Assembly (NCBI GenBank): GCA_035644395.1
Contig: DASQOR010000088.1
Coordinates: 17,606-81,605, forward strand
Length of the DNA stretch: 64,000 nucleotides
DNA from: Steroidobacteraceae bacterium
Lineage (GTDB): Bacteria > Pseudomonadota > Gammaproteobacteria > Steroidobacterales > Steroidobacteraceae
Reading direction: 5' to 3'
Position numbers and translations under genes: made by a program. The notes under the pieces were generated by a model, which was not told the origin of the DNA, did not search any database, and saw only the letters and a list, made by a program, of their open reading frames with translations. Position 1 is the stretch's first letter. Every line of letters starts with the position of its first letter. Below, in pieces: positions 48,465-58,417 of this stretch.

Positions 48465-49556
48465 ATGCGTGTGACTCCCAAACGCATTTTCATCTTCACC
48501 GGCGTGCTGCTGGCCGTTGCAGGGCTCGTCGCCCTGAGGATTCTGACGGCGAGCGGCGCATTCGCGACCGCGCGGCGGCAGGACATCGCGGGCTGTACTT
48601 CTTTCGCGCTGCCGGGGTCCGCTGCGGATCTCGAGATGGACCGCTCGAGCGGCATCGTCTACCTGTCGGTTCTCGATCGGCGCGCGCTCGACGGCAATGC
48701 GCTCGTGACGGGCACCATCCTGAAACTCGATCTCAACGATCCCGGGGCACAGGCGCTGCCCGCGACGACGGGCGACCCGCCAGGCTTTCGACCGGCCGGA
48801 CTCAGTCTCTGGGCGCACCCGAATGGACCCCGCCGGCTCTTCGTGGTGAATCACGCGGTCGATGCGGATGGCGCCGAAGGACGCAGCGTCGAGGTGTTCG
48901 AGGAGGAAGAGGACGATCACCTCTTTCACTATCGCAAGACCGTGCTCGATCCCGCATTCGTGAACCCGGACGACGTGGCGGCCGTCGGGCCCGACCAGTT
49001 CTACCTGACGAACCACGGCGGGGCCGGCAACGTGCTCACCCGGGCCGTCGAGACGGTCATCCGCCCCGGCTGGTCGGACGTGCTCTATTACGACGGCACG
49101 AAATCGTCGGTCGCCGTGTCGGGCCGGAGCTTCGCCGGCGGCGTCACCGTATCGGCGGATGGCTTGCGACTGTACCTCGCGGAGGCGGGAGCGAAGCAAC
49201 TCCTCATCTTCGATCGCGACACCGAGACCGGCAGTCTCTACTGGAGCAGTCTCATCGAAGTCGCGGGCGCACCGGACAAGCTCGATATCGGCGAAGACGG
49301 TGCGCTCTGGGCGGCCGTCGAGCCGAATACCTGGGCGCGCGAGCGGAGCTTGTCATCGACCACGCCCGCACCGACCGTGATCCTGAAGTTTGCGGCGCCC
49401 GTGAACGGATTCTCGAAGGCGCAGACGATCTACTCGAATGCGGGCGGTGACTTCTCGGGTGGCAGCGCCGCCGTCGCGCACAAGAATCAGCTCATCATCG
49501 GCTCCGTCACCGAGAAACGGCTGCTGCGTTGTCCGCTCCCGAATCCTCCCGGCTGA
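48465..49556 (+). CDS. Paraoxonase/arylesterase-like (SGL-type) six-bladed beta-propeller lactonase, membrane-anchored or secreted
   Basis: 363 aa with an N-terminal TM/signal segment. The stretch NPDDVAAVGPDQFYLTNHGG...VLYYDG...FAGGVTVSADGLRLYLAEAGAKQLLIFD...PDKLDIGEDGALWAA is collinear with mammalian PON (NDIVAVGPEHFYATNDHYF...VVYYSP...[28 protein letters not shown]...VDNISVDPETGDLWVG). Confidence 0.6.
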   Translation: MRVTPKRIFIFTGVLLAVAGLVALRILTASGAFATARRQDIAGCTSFALPGSAADLEMDRSSGIVYLSVLDRRALDGNALVTGTILKLDLNDPGAQALPATTGDPPGFRPAGLSLWAHPNGPRRLFVVNHAVDADGAEGRSVEVFEEEEDDHLFHYRKTVLDPAFVNPDDVAAVGPDQFYLTNHGGAGNVLTRAVETVIRPGWSDVLYYDGTKSSVAVSGRSFAGGVTVSADGLRLYLAEAGAKQLLIFDRDTETGSLYWSSLIEVAGAPDKLDIGEDGALWAAVEPNTWARERSLSSTTPAPTVILKFAAPVNGFSKAQTIYSNAGGDFSGGSAAVAHKNQLIIGSVTEKRLLRCPLPNPPG

Positions 49557-49566
49557 AGGCCTCGCC

Positions 49567-51018
49567 TCAGCGCTGTCCCACGGTGAGCCGCCCGCGGCCG
49601 AGCCGCGCCACCCGGTCGATCGATGGAATCAGGTCCTCGGCGTGATGGGTCGCGAGAATGATCTGCACGCCCTCGCCCGCTGTTCGCTCGAGCAGCGTGA
49701 GGGTTTCGCGCCGCCCGGCGGGATCGAGCCCCGTACAGGGTTCGTCGAGCAGCAGGAGCCACGGGTCGTGCACGAGCGCGCGCGCGATCAGCGCCCGGCG
49801 CAGCTGTCCGTAGCTAACGCTCTTCGGCGGCTTGCTTGCGAAGTCCGTGAGATCGAAGCGTTCGAGGCAGGCCCGCGTGCGCCGCCGATCGGCGCGCGTC
49901 GACGGCTCGTTGAGCCCGACGCTCGCGTAGATGCCGGACAGCACCAGCTCCTCGATGCTGGCCAGTAGAGCGAGCTCGCTCTGCAGTTCGGGCGACACCC
50001 AACCGACCCGCTGCTTGAACCGCTCGATGTGTTCACCGGGCCGATGGCCGTGGCGCTCGATCACGCCGCCGAGCGCCGGTGCGATGTCACCGTAAATCAG
50101 CTTGAGCAGCGTCGACTTGCCGACGCCGTTCGCGCCGATCAGGCCCCATTGTTCGCCTGCGCGTATCGTCCAGTCGACGTTCGCGAGCACCGGCCGGTAA
50201 TCGCGGTAGAGGGAGACGTCTCGCAATTCGATGCGCGCCTCGCCCGCCCGAAATGCGGTCGTTCGAACACCGTGCCGGCGCGGCTTTGCCGGCGCCGCGA
50301 GGGCCGGCGCGCGTTTCAGGCGATGCAGCTTTCCCAGCCGTAGCTCCGCCCAATGTGTCGCACGCCGGGGCAGGTCCTCCGCGCGATGCGCGGAAACGAC
50401 CCACGGCACGCGCGAGCGGGCAAGCCCGTCGAGAATCGCGTGCAGGCGCTCCCGGTGTTCGAAATCGAGCCCGTTGAAGACTTCGTCGAGGAGCAGCAGG
50501 CGCGGCCGCATCGCGAACGCGCGCGCAATCAGGACACGCCGTCGCTCGCCGTAAGAGAGCGTCAGCATCCGACGACGCCGCAGCTTCGCGAGCGCGAAGC
50601 GACGAATGAGGCCGCGGACCCGGCGACGCGCGGCCGGCGTGAGCGGCTCGAGGGGCAGGTCGGATGCGTGTACGCCGGTCGCGAGCACTTGTTCGACGGT
50701 CAGGTTCCAGCCGTAGCGCTCGTACTTGTCCTGGCGTTCGGCGCCGACGTACGCGACGTCGTTCCTGATTTCCCGCAACTCGACGGAGTCATCGCCCAGG
50801 CGATAGTCGCGGCGGGCGCGCGCGGACGGGCTTGGCCAGACATCGCCCGCGATGAGTTTCAAAAGCTGTGTCTTGCCGGCGCCATTGGCGCCGATGAGCG
50901 CCCAGCGCTCGCCCGGTGCGACGGTCCAGTTGACGCCGCGGAGGATCCGGCGTCCGTCGCGGGTCAGGTTGATGTGACGCAGCCGCACCTCGAGAGCGCG
51001 GCGCCGCTGCCCCGTCAT
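49567..51018 (-). CDS. modF: ABC ATPase with two nucleotide-binding domains and no TM domain (ModF-like)
   Basis: 483 aa. Two Walker A sites (GANGAGKT, GANGVGKS), two signature motifs (LSYGERRR, VSYGQLRR) and two Walker B sites (LLLLDE). Confidence 0.75.
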   Translation of the reverse strand: MTGQRRRALEVRLRHINLTRDGRRILRGVNWTVAPGERWALIGANGAGKTQLLKLIAGDVWPSPSARARRDYRLGDDSVELREIRNDVAYVGAERQDKYERYGWNLTVEQVLATGVHASDLPLEPLTPAARRRVRGLIRRFALAKLRRRRMLTLSYGERRRVLIARAFAMRPRLLLLDEVFNGLDFEHRERLHAILDGLARSRVPWVVSAHRAEDLPRRATHWAELRLGKLHRLKRAPALAAPAKPRRHGVRTTAFRAGEARIELRDVSLYRDYRPVLANVDWTIRAGEQWGLIGANGVGKSTLLKLIYGDIAPALGGVIERHGHRPGEHIERFKQRVGWVSPELQSELALLASIEELVLSGIYASVGLNEPSTRADRRRTRACLERFDLTDFASKPPKSVSYGQLRRALIARALVHDPWLLLLDEPCTGLDPAGRRETLTLLERTAGEGVQIILATHHAEDLIPSIDRVARLGRGRLTVGQR

Positions 51019-51872
51019 TGAGCCGGGTCCCGCACGGACCAGAATTCGCCGTCCCGTTCGACGCGCCGCTCGCGCTCGAGCTTGATGAGGTGCGCCTCGA
51101 GTGAATGACGCGCGAAACCGTGCAGCGCGGGCGTGACGTCGTCGTACACGCGTGGCACGAGTTCCGCGAGCGACACGCGCCCGGCCGCACGCAGGCGATC
51201 GACCGCCTTCGCTTCCCGCCGCAGTCGATGGGCGATGAGTCCTTCGACCGCCGCCAGCGGCTCAGTCAGGACGGCGCCGTGTCCCGGCGCGATGCCGCTC
51301 ATGCCGACGTGTCGCAGGCGTTCGAGCGAAGCCAGGTACTGCGCCATGTCGCCGTCCGGCGCGAGAATCACCGTCGTCGAGCCGTTGAGGATGTGATCGC
51401 CGCTGAAGAGCAGCCCACTGGCCGCATGCAGGTAGCAGATATGGTTCGACGCGTGGCCGGGCGTCGCGATTGCCAGCAGCTCGTGACCCGCGGCGCCGAC
51501 GGATTCGCCATCGCGCACGATTCGGTCGAGGCGGGTTGCGTAGTCCTGACGGCCGTCCTGGGGCGCGACGGTCCCGACGATGCTCGCGCCCGTCGCGCGC
51601 TTCAAGCGCGTGGCGGCAGGTGAATGATCCGGATGCGTATGCGTGAGCACGATCCAGCGAACCGGTCCGGGCGCCGAGGCGATGAGCGCGTCGACGTGTT
51701 TTTCAATGTCCGGGCCCGGGTCGAGCACGGCGCAATCGCGTTCGCCGACGAGGTAGCTGTTGGTGCCCGGGCCGGTGAGGAGGCTGGCGTTCGGCGCCGT
51801 GACACGCAGCACCGCGCTCGCAAGCCGCGTGGCGATGCCCGGAACGACGGCCGATTCCCGCTGCGATGTCAT
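51015..51872 (-). CDS. MBL-fold metallo-hydrolase with C-terminal winged-helix extension
   Basis: 285 aa. Has the HxHxDH motif (THTHPDHS). Its stop overlaps the ModF-like start (ATGA). Confidence 0.85.
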   Translation of the reverse strand: MTSQRESAVVPGIATRLASAVLRVTAPNASLLTGPGTNSYLVGERDCAVLDPGPDIEKHVDALIASAPGPVRWIVLTHTHPDHSPAATRLKRATGASIVGTVAPQDGRQDYATRLDRIVRDGESVGAAGHELLAIATPGHASNHICYLHAASGLLFSGDHILNGSTTVILAPDGDMAQYLASLERLRHVGMSGIAPGHGAVLTEPLAAVEGLIAHRLRREAKAVDRLRAAGRVSLAELVPRVYDDVTPALHGFARHSLEAHLIKLERERRVERDGEFWSVRDPAQ

Positions 51873-52084
51873 CCGTTCGTTGCTCTGGCCTTCCGCGAAC
51901 GCGCGAGAGTATCATCGCGCCGCCCGCCTCGCGCAATCGCAAACATCCGAGCAAGCCCCGACAGCATGACCGCACGGCGATCGAAAGCAGGGAAGCGGCG
52001 TCGCCGGTCGAGCGGGCTCATCCGGGCCGTGCGGGCGCTGCGCACTCCCCGCAATCGCAGGTAGCCCGGGGGCCGTTGACCCAC

Positions 52085-53272
52085 ATGCGGAGCCCTCCGT
52101 CACTGGCGCGTGTCCTCGCACCCTTCGCGCCCGGCCGATTTCTCGCCGACGTGTGGGGCGAGAAGCCCCTGCACGTCCGGGGAGCACCGCGGAAATTTGC
52201 CGGCCTCTTCGGCTGGCGGGCGCTCAACGACCTGCTCGCGACGCAGCGGCTGGAACCACCCCGGCTGCGCCTGGCGATGGAGGGAGCGTCGGCGGCCGAC
52301 CTGAGGTCCTTCCTGCAATACCGGTTGAATCGGGAGGAGCAACGCACTGCGCGGCTCGATGTGCACCGGCTCAACAGCCGGCTCGCACGCGGGGCGACTC
52401 TCGTGCTGAACGAAGTGCAGGAGATGCATCCGCCGCTCGGTGCGCTGACGCGGGAGTTCGCGCGGCTGTTCGTCGCGGAGCCGAACGTCAATCTCTATGC
52501 CTCGTTCGGACGCCGGCCGGGCTTCGGCCCGCATTGGGACGATCACGACGTATTCGTGCTGCAGCTCGCGGGCGAGAAACGCTGGCTCATCTACGGCCCG
52601 AGTCGACGCCACCCGCTCCATCGCGACGTGCGGCCGAATGAAATGCAGCCGGTTCGCCCCGTGGCGCGTTACCGGCTGCATCCCGGCGATCTGCTCTACA
52701 TTCCACGCGGTCACTGGCACGACGCGATCGCCGTCGGCGAACCGACTCTGCACCTCACGCTCGGCATTTCTCCCCTCACGGCCGTCGACTACCTCACCTG
52801 GGTGGCTGACGATTTGCGGGCCGTCGAGTCGATGCGTCGCGACCTGCCCCTGTTCGACGACAAACGGCGGGAGGAGTGGCATCGCACACTCAATGCCGCG
52901 GTGCTGCCGCGCCTCAACGAGAAGACCCTGAAGCGCTTTCTCGAGGGGCGGCGCGCGCGCCTCGATGCAAGCACGCGTCCGGCCCTGCCCCACGCGATCG
53001 CCGGGACGACGCGGCTCGGCAACGGCGATCGGCTGCAATGGACGGGCTCGACAGGGACTGCGCATCGCGATGCCGCGGGTTTGACGGTTCGCAGCGGCGG
53101 TCGCGAATACGTCTTCGATCCGGCCGCCGCTCCGCTCATCGAACGGCTGCTGAGCGGCAAGGCGGTCTCTTACGGACGGTTGCTGCGCAGTTTTGGCCGG
53201 CAACTCGGCGCGGGACGCCTGCGCCGCTTTGTCGGCGAGCTCCTGCGCGAACACTTCGTCACGATCGTCTGA
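52085..53272 (+). CDS. JmjC/cupin-4 domain protein (ribosomal oxygenase RoxA/YcfD-like)
   Basis: ORF 51866..53272 trimmed to ATG 52085. Has the facial triad pattern GPHWDDHDVFVLQLAGEKRW...IPRGHWHDA. Confidence 0.75.
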   Translation: MRSPPSLARVLAPFAPGRFLADVWGEKPLHVRGAPRKFAGLFGWRALNDLLATQRLEPPRLRLAMEGASAADLRSFLQYRLNREEQRTARLDVHRLNSRLARGATLVLNEVQEMHPPLGALTREFARLFVAEPNVNLYASFGRRPGFGPHWDDHDVFVLQLAGEKRWLIYGPSRRHPLHRDVRPNEMQPVRPVARYRLHPGDLLYIPRGHWHDAIAVGEPTLHLTLGISPLTAVDYLTWVADDLRAVESMRRDLPLFDDKRREEWHRTLNAAVLPRLNEKTLKRFLEGRRARLDASTRPALPHAIAGTTRLGNGDRLQWTGSTGTAHRDAAGLTVRSGGREYVFDPAAAPLIERLLSGKAVSYGRLLRSFGRQLGAGRLRRFVGELLREHFVTIV

Positions 53273-53350
53273 AAAAGGGGACAGATTTATTTTCTCGCAA
53301 ATCTGGTGCGGACGGCCAGATATTCGAGAAAATAAATCTGTCCCCTTTTT
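53272..53350. repeat. Type B GGGGACA long-hairpin repeat, copy 3; fills the convergent JmjC/kef junction
   Basis: The same perfect 26-bp arms as copy 1. Its first A is the last base of the JmjC TGA, and its last T is part of the kef stop codon on the other strand. Confidence 0.85.
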
Positions 53351-55119
53351 CACTCGGAGGGGCGTGCGGCGTCGGCCTCGAAGAGCTTCTCGAGCTGCTG
53401 CGCGGACTCGCGGGCGGATGCCAGCAGCTTCTCCTGGTCGTCCTTGACCTCGTACTGCTGGCGCATCATCGCTTCGTCGTGCGCCCGGAAGGTGATGACG
53501 GCCTGCTTCGCATCGCTGCGCGTAGAACCGAGCGCCTCGAGCACCTGCTCCGCCATGTCGAGACTCGACAGCAGCGTCTCGCGGATGATGTAGCGGATCT
53601 TGAAGTCGAGCAGCCGGAACGCGTCCTGGCGATTGCGCACGCGCGCGAAGATCTTGACCTTCGGATAGTTGCGCGTGACGAAATCCGCGATCCGCACCGA
53701 CGCCTCGATGTCGTCGACCGCGATGATCAGGACCTCGGCGCGCTCGAGATTCGCGGAACGCAGGAGCTCCGGCCGCGAGGCGTCGCCGTAGAAGATGCGG
53801 CTGCCGAAGCGGCGCACGAAATCGACCTGCGTCTGGCTCGACTCGAGCGCCGTGAAGCGGATGCCCTTCGCCCTGAGGATTCGCGCGAGGATCTGGCCGA
53901 AGCGGCCGAAGCCCGCGATCACGACGCGGTTGTCCTCGGGCTCGATCCGATCGAAGGGCTTCGGCTCCTCGCGCGTGAGCCACGGCCCGAGCCAGCGGTC
54001 ATCGATGAGAAGGATCAGCGGGCTCAGCAGCATCGAGAGCGTCACGGCAAGCACCAGCGCTTCCGCGTCTGCCGCCGACAGCAAACCTTGCGTCCGCGCA
54101 ATTGAAAAGAGCACGAACGCGAACTCGCCGCCCGCGAGCATGGCGAGCGAGAGCGAGCGGGCGCGGGCGCGCACGTAATGAGCGAAGCGCCCGACGCCAT
54201 AGACGATGAGCGCCTTGACCGCCATCAGGCCCGCCGTGATGCCGAGGAGCTTCAGCGGAGCGCTCGTCATCAACCCGAGATTGACCGACATGCCGACCGC
54301 AATGAAGAGGAGTCCGAGCAGGAGCCCCTTGAAGGGCTCGAGGTCCGCTTCGAGCTCGTGCCGGTACTCGCTGTCCGCAAGCAGCACGCCGGCGAGAAAC
54401 GCGCCGAGCGCCATCGAGAGGCCGGCGGCATGGACCAGCATCGCCGTCCCGATGACGACCAGCAGGGCCGCGGCCGTAAAGACTTCCGGAATCCGCGATT
54501 TCGCGACGTAGCGCAGGAGCGGGCGCACGACGTAGCGGCCAGCGGCGACAACGACGAAGATCGCGCCGATGCCGAGCGCGAATTGGCGCCAGGACATCGG
54601 GCCCGAGCTGTTGCCCGCGATCAGCGGCAGGAGCGCAAGGACCGGCAGCACCGCGATGTCCTGGAAGAGCAGGATGCCGAAGGCGCCGCGTCCGTGCTGT
54701 GAGGTGAGCTCGTCGCGCTCGGCGAGCAGCTGCAGGACGAGCGGCGTCGATGAGAGACTGAGGCCGAACCCTGCGATCGCCGCGGCGACCGGCGTAAATC
54801 CCATCGCAACGCCGATCCCGGCGAACACGAGCGTCGTCAGGACCACCTGCGCGGAGCCGAGACCGAAGACGACCCGGCGCATCGCCATGAGGCGCGACGG
54901 CTGCAGCTCCAGGCCGATCACGAAGAGCAGCAGCACGATGCCGAATTCGGCGATCTCGAGGATATTCTCGACGCGCGTCACGAGCTTCAGGCCCCAGGGC
55001 CCGATCACGATCCCGCTCACGAGGTAGGCGAGCACGGCGCTCAGCTGGAAGCGGCGGAAGAGCGGCACCGCGATCACGGCGGCCGCCAGGAAAAGCACGA
55101 TTTCGGTCAGAAGATTCAT
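53350..55119 (-). CDS. Glutathione-regulated K+ efflux system protein (KefB/KefC-type CPA2 antiporter with RCK domain)
   Basis: 589 aa. Has an N-terminal Na+/H+ exchanger-type TM domain and a C-terminal TrkA-N fold (VVIAGFGRFGQILARIL). Confidence 0.9.
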   Translation of the reverse strand: MNLLTEIVLFLAAAVIAVPLFRRFQLSAVLAYLVSGIVIGPWGLKLVTRVENILEIAEFGIVLLLFVIGLELQPSRLMAMRRVVFGLGSAQVVLTTLVFAGIGVAMGFTPVAAAIAGFGLSLSSTPLVLQLLAERDELTSQHGRGAFGILLFQDIAVLPVLALLPLIAGNSSGPMSWRQFALGIGAIFVVVAAGRYVVRPLLRYVAKSRIPEVFTAAALLVVIGTAMLVHAAGLSMALGAFLAGVLLADSEYRHELEADLEPFKGLLLGLLFIAVGMSVNLGLMTSAPLKLLGITAGLMAVKALIVYGVGRFAHYVRARARSLSLAMLAGGEFAFVLFSIARTQGLLSAADAEALVLAVTLSMLLSPLILLIDDRWLGPWLTREEPKPFDRIEPEDNRVVIAGFGRFGQILARILRAKGIRFTALESSQTQVDFVRRFGSRIFYGDASRPELLRSANLERAEVLIIAVDDIEASVRIADFVTRNYPKVKIFARVRNRQDAFRLLDFKIRYIIRETLLSSLDMAEQVLEALGSTRSDAKQAVITFRAHDEAMMRQQYEVKDDQEKLLASARESAQQLEKLFEADAARPSE

Positions 55120-55169
55120 GGGACCTCCGCTCTGCTTGTATTCTATGTCGCCATCGACGGGGAGTCCTG

Positions 55170-56366
55170 ATGAAGCAAGTGGCCGCGAGCGCGCGCCTGG
55201 TGATCATCCTCGGCGCGATCAGCGCCTTCGCGCCGCTCTCGATCGACATGTACCTGCCGGGCTTCGCGGCCATCCGGCACGAATTCGGCGCATCCGCCGA
55301 GTCCGTGCAATGGACGCTCTCCGCTTTTTTCATCGGCCTCGCGGCCGGGCAGTTCTTCTACGGCCCGCTCGCCGATCATTTCGGCCGCAAGCCGCCGCTT
55401 GCGGTCGGCCTCGTGCTGTACACGCTCGCCTCGATCGGCTGCGGCCTCGCGCCGAATGTCGAAACCCTGATCGCCATGCGGACGCTCCAGGCGCTTGGCG
55501 GCTGCGCGGGCGTCGTCATCGCGCAGGCCATGGTGCGGGACCTCTTCGAACCACAGGTCGGCGCCCGCGTGCTGTCACGGCTCGTGCTCGTGTTCGGCGT
55601 GGCGCCGATCATTGCGCCGTCGATCGGCGCCTGGATCGTGCGCGTGTCCGACTGGCGTGCCATCTTCTGGATTCTTACTGCCATCGGCGCAGCCTGCCTC
55701 GTGAGCGCAATGCTATTGCTGCCCGAAACACGCCCTCGCCGCTCCGACCGGCCACCACTCGCCTTGATGCCGGTGCTGCGAGACTACTGGAGCCTGCTGT
55801 CGGAGCGCCGCTTTCTCGGATTCGCCTCGGCCGTGTCCCTCACCCACGCGTCCGTCATGGCCTATGTAACGGCCGGAGCCTTCGTCTTCATCCAGCTCTA
55901 TGGCCTGTCGCCGACGCAGTTCGCCTTGCTGTTCGCGCTCAATGCGTGCGCGCTCGTCATCGGCGCGCAGTGGAACGCTCATCTGCTGAAGTCGCATGGC
56001 GCGGCGACGCTCCTCACGCGCACGACTTTCATCCCGCCGATCCTCTGCGCCGTGCTCATCGTCCTCACGGTGCATCAAACGGGCGGCATTGCCGCACTGA
56101 TCGCGGTGATGTGGCCCTATCTCTTCACGATGTCGATCGTCCGACCGGATGCGACAGCTTGTGCGCTGGCCGATCACGCGGAGCGTGCCGGTACGGCGAG
56201 CTCGCTCATCGGCGTGCTGCAGTTCCTGCTCGCGACGCTTGCCGGAGTCTTCATGGGCTTGATCCACGACGGCACCGCGAAACCGATGGCGATCACGATG
56301 ACGCTGCTGACGGCGGCGGGCTTTGTTCTGCATCGCTGGCTGACCCGTAACCCGGCTCCTCAATAG
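55170..56366 (+). CDS. bcr: MFS transporter, Bcr/CflA drug resistance subfamily
   Basis: 398 aa. LSIDMYLPGF and GPLADHFGRKP are typical Bcr/CflA motifs. A GGGGAG SD lies upstream. Confidence 0.85.
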   Translation: MKQVAASARLVIILGAISAFAPLSIDMYLPGFAAIRHEFGASAESVQWTLSAFFIGLAAGQFFYGPLADHFGRKPPLAVGLVLYTLASIGCGLAPNVETLIAMRTLQALGGCAGVVIAQAMVRDLFEPQVGARVLSRLVLVFGVAPIIAPSIGAWIVRVSDWRAIFWILTAIGAACLVSAMLLLPETRPRRSDRPPLALMPVLRDYWSLLSERRFLGFASAVSLTHASVMAYVTAGAFVFIQLYGLSPTQFALLFALNACALVIGAQWNAHLLKSHGAATLLTRTTFIPPILCAVLIVLTVHQTGGIAALIAVMWPYLFTMSIVRPDATACALADHAERAGTASSLIGVLQFLLATLAGVFMGLIHDGTAKPMAITMTLLTAAGFVLHRWLTRNPAPQ

Positions 56367-56375
56367 GCGAAACAA

Positions 56376-56759
56376 ATGACAGCTATCTACCTGCTTGCGA
56401 TTGCCGTCGGTGCCGTTCTCGGCGCCTGGGCCCGCTGGGGCCTCACGCTCGTGCTTAACCCGGTTTTCCCGCAGGTTCCGCTCGGAACGCTCGCGGTGAA
56501 TCTCATCGGGGGATTGCTGGTCGGGATCGCCATTACGGTCGCGGAGCCCGCGGGCCTTGCGCTTGCGACGCGCCTCTTCATTACGACCGGTTTTCTCGGC
56601 GCATTCACCACGTTCTCGGCGTTTTCCGCCGAAACCATGGCTCTCATCCTGCGTGCCGACTACGGCTGGGCGCTAGCGACTGCCGCGGCGCACCTCCTCG
56701 GTTCGCTCCTCATGACCGGTGCGGGCATATTCATGGTACGAATGATTCTGGCGCGCTAG
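56376..56759 (+). CDS. crcB: Fluoride ion channel CrcB (Fluc)
   Basis: 127 aa, 4 TM. Carries the GFLGAFTTFSAF signature. Confidence 0.9.
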   Translation: MTAIYLLAIAVGAVLGAWARWGLTLVLNPVFPQVPLGTLAVNLIGGLLVGIAITVAEPAGLALATRLFITTGFLGAFTTFSAFSAETMALILRADYGWALATAAAHLLGSLLMTGAGIFMVRMILAR

Positions 56760-56814
56760 ATCGAAGGCGGTACCATAAAGCCGGCGGCATCTATCCCTCA
56801 GGCGGAGCGTCCCC

Positions 56815-57525
56815 TTGATCGACATCTATTTCTGGCCCACGGGCAACGGCAAGAAGATCACCATCATGTGCGAGGAGTGCGCGCTCCCGTACCGGGTGAT
56901 CCCGGTCAACATCAACAAGGGCGACCAGTCGACGCCCGGGTACTCGCTCCTGAATCCGAATAACAAGATGCCGACCATTGTCGATGCTGAGGCCAAGGGC
57001 GGGCCGATCACGATCTTCGAATCGGGCGCGATCCTCGAATACCTCGGCGAGAAGACCGGCAAGTTCCTGCCGAAGGACCTGCACGGGAAGTTCCGCGTGC
57101 TGCAGTGGGTGTACTGGCAGATCGGCGGCCTCGGGCCGATGGCGGGCCAGGCGCATCACTTCCTGCGTTACGCGCCGCAGAAGGTCGAATACGCGATGCA
57201 CCGCTTCCGCACGGAATGTGCGCGCCTCTACAAGGTGATGGACACGCAGCTCGCGAAGGGCGAATACCTCGCGGGCGAATATTCCATCGCGGATATCGCG
57301 TGCTGGCCCTGGGTCGTGCGCCATGACTGGCAGGAGCAGAACCTCGACGACTTCCCGAATGTGAAGCGCTGGTTCGCCGCGGTCGGCGCGCGCCCCGCCG
57401 TCGAGCGCGGTGCGGCCGTCGGCAAGGAGTGGACGAGCTTCGCGCAGCCGATGTCGGACGCGGACAAGAAGCAGCTCTTCAATCTCAGGGACGAGGACTT
57501 CAAGAAGCCCGTGACGGGCGGCTGA
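56815..57525 (+). CDS. Glutathione S-transferase, YfcG/YghU (Nu-class)-like
   Basis: 236 aa with a TTG start. [20 protein letters not shown]...[11 protein letters not shown] parallels E. coli YfcG (IDLYFAPTPNGHKITLFLEE...SPNNKIPAIVD). Confidence 0.85.
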   Translation: MIDIYFWPTGNGKKITIMCEECALPYRVIPVNINKGDQSTPGYSLLNPNNKMPTIVDAEAKGGPITIFESGAILEYLGEKTGKFLPKDLHGKFRVLQWVYWQIGGLGPMAGQAHHFLRYAPQKVEYAMHRFRTECARLYKVMDTQLAKGEYLAGEYSIADIACWPWVVRHDWQEQNLDDFPNVKRWFAAVGARPAVERGAAVGKEWTSFAQPMSDADKKQLFNLRDEDFKKPVTGG

Positions 57526-57530
57526 CGACC

Positions 57531-58406
57531 GTGAAGTTTCACGCCAAGCACTTCCGGGTTCGCCCGGGCGAGAAGGTCGATCTCGGCGAGCGCAAGACGC
57601 GCGTCAAGCCGCTCTACAACTCGAAGCAGCACTACGAGACGCTGCTCGAGGCGAGCACGCGCGAGCTGAGCCGCGAACAGAGCATGCTGTACGCTTCGGA
57701 CCAGTACGCGCTCCTCGTGATCTTTCAGGCGATGGACGCCGCCGGCAAGGACAGCGTCATCAAGCACGTCATGTCCGGCGTCAACCCGCAGGGCTGCCAG
57801 GTTTTCAGCTTCAAGCACCCGAGCGCGCAGGATCTCGATCACGATTTTCTCTGGCGCACGAGCGTGTGCCTGCCCGAGCGCGGCCGCATCGGCATTTTCA
57901 ACCGCTCGTACTACGAGGAAGTACTCGTAGTGCGCGTGCACCCGGAAATCCTCGCGGCTCAGCGCCTGCCGGGCACGGCCGGCGATCGCGACGAATTGTG
58001 GCCGGGGCGCTATCGGTCGATCGTCGATCTCGAGCGACACCTGACTGCCAACGGCACGCGCATCGTGAAATTCTTCCTGCACCTCTCGAAAGAGGAGCAG
58101 CGCAAGCGGTTCCTGGAGCGTATCGACGATCCTGACAAGAACTGGAAGTTCAGTCCGGCGGATGTCACCGAACGCAGGTTCTGGAAGAAGTACATGAAGG
58201 CCTATGCGGCCTGCCTCGGTGCGACGAGCACGCACGAGGCGCCCTGGTACGTCGTGCCGGCGGATGACAAGCCGAACGCGCAGCTCATCGTCTCGCAGAT
58301 TCTTCTCGAAACGATGCGCGGGCTCGGGCTTGCCTATCCCGAGGTCGACAAGCATCGCGCGCGCGAACTGCAGTCGATCCGCCGGCGGCTCGCTGCCGAA
58401 GGTTGA
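57531..58406 (+). CDS. ppk2: Polyphosphate kinase 2 (PPK2) family protein
   Basis: ORF 57429..58406 trimmed to GTG 57531, after the GST stop. P-loop [11 protein letters not shown] and [15 protein letters not shown]. Confidence 0.85.
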   Translation: MKFHAKHFRVRPGEKVDLGERKTRVKPLYNSKQHYETLLEASTRELSREQSMLYASDQYALLVIFQAMDAAGKDSVIKHVMSGVNPQGCQVFSFKHPSAQDLDHDFLWRTSVCLPERGRIGIFNRSYYEEVLVVRVHPEILAAQRLPGTAGDRDELWPGRYRSIVDLERHLTANGTRIVKFFLHLSKEEQRKRFLERIDDPDKNWKFSPADVTERRFWKKYMKAYAACLGATSTHEAPWYVVPADDKPNAQLIVSQILLETMRGLGLAYPEVDKHRARELQSIRRRLAAEG

Positions 58407-58417
58407 CGCCATTTCCG

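Noticed and set aside
55120-55169. Fluoride riboswitch upstream of bcr-crcB. CCTGATGAAGC vaguely resembles the conserved CTGATGATGCC.
   Set aside because: The rest of the crcB motif (the GGCGATGG...CC helix and the AACCGCC segment) is missing, and the leader is only about 50 nt.
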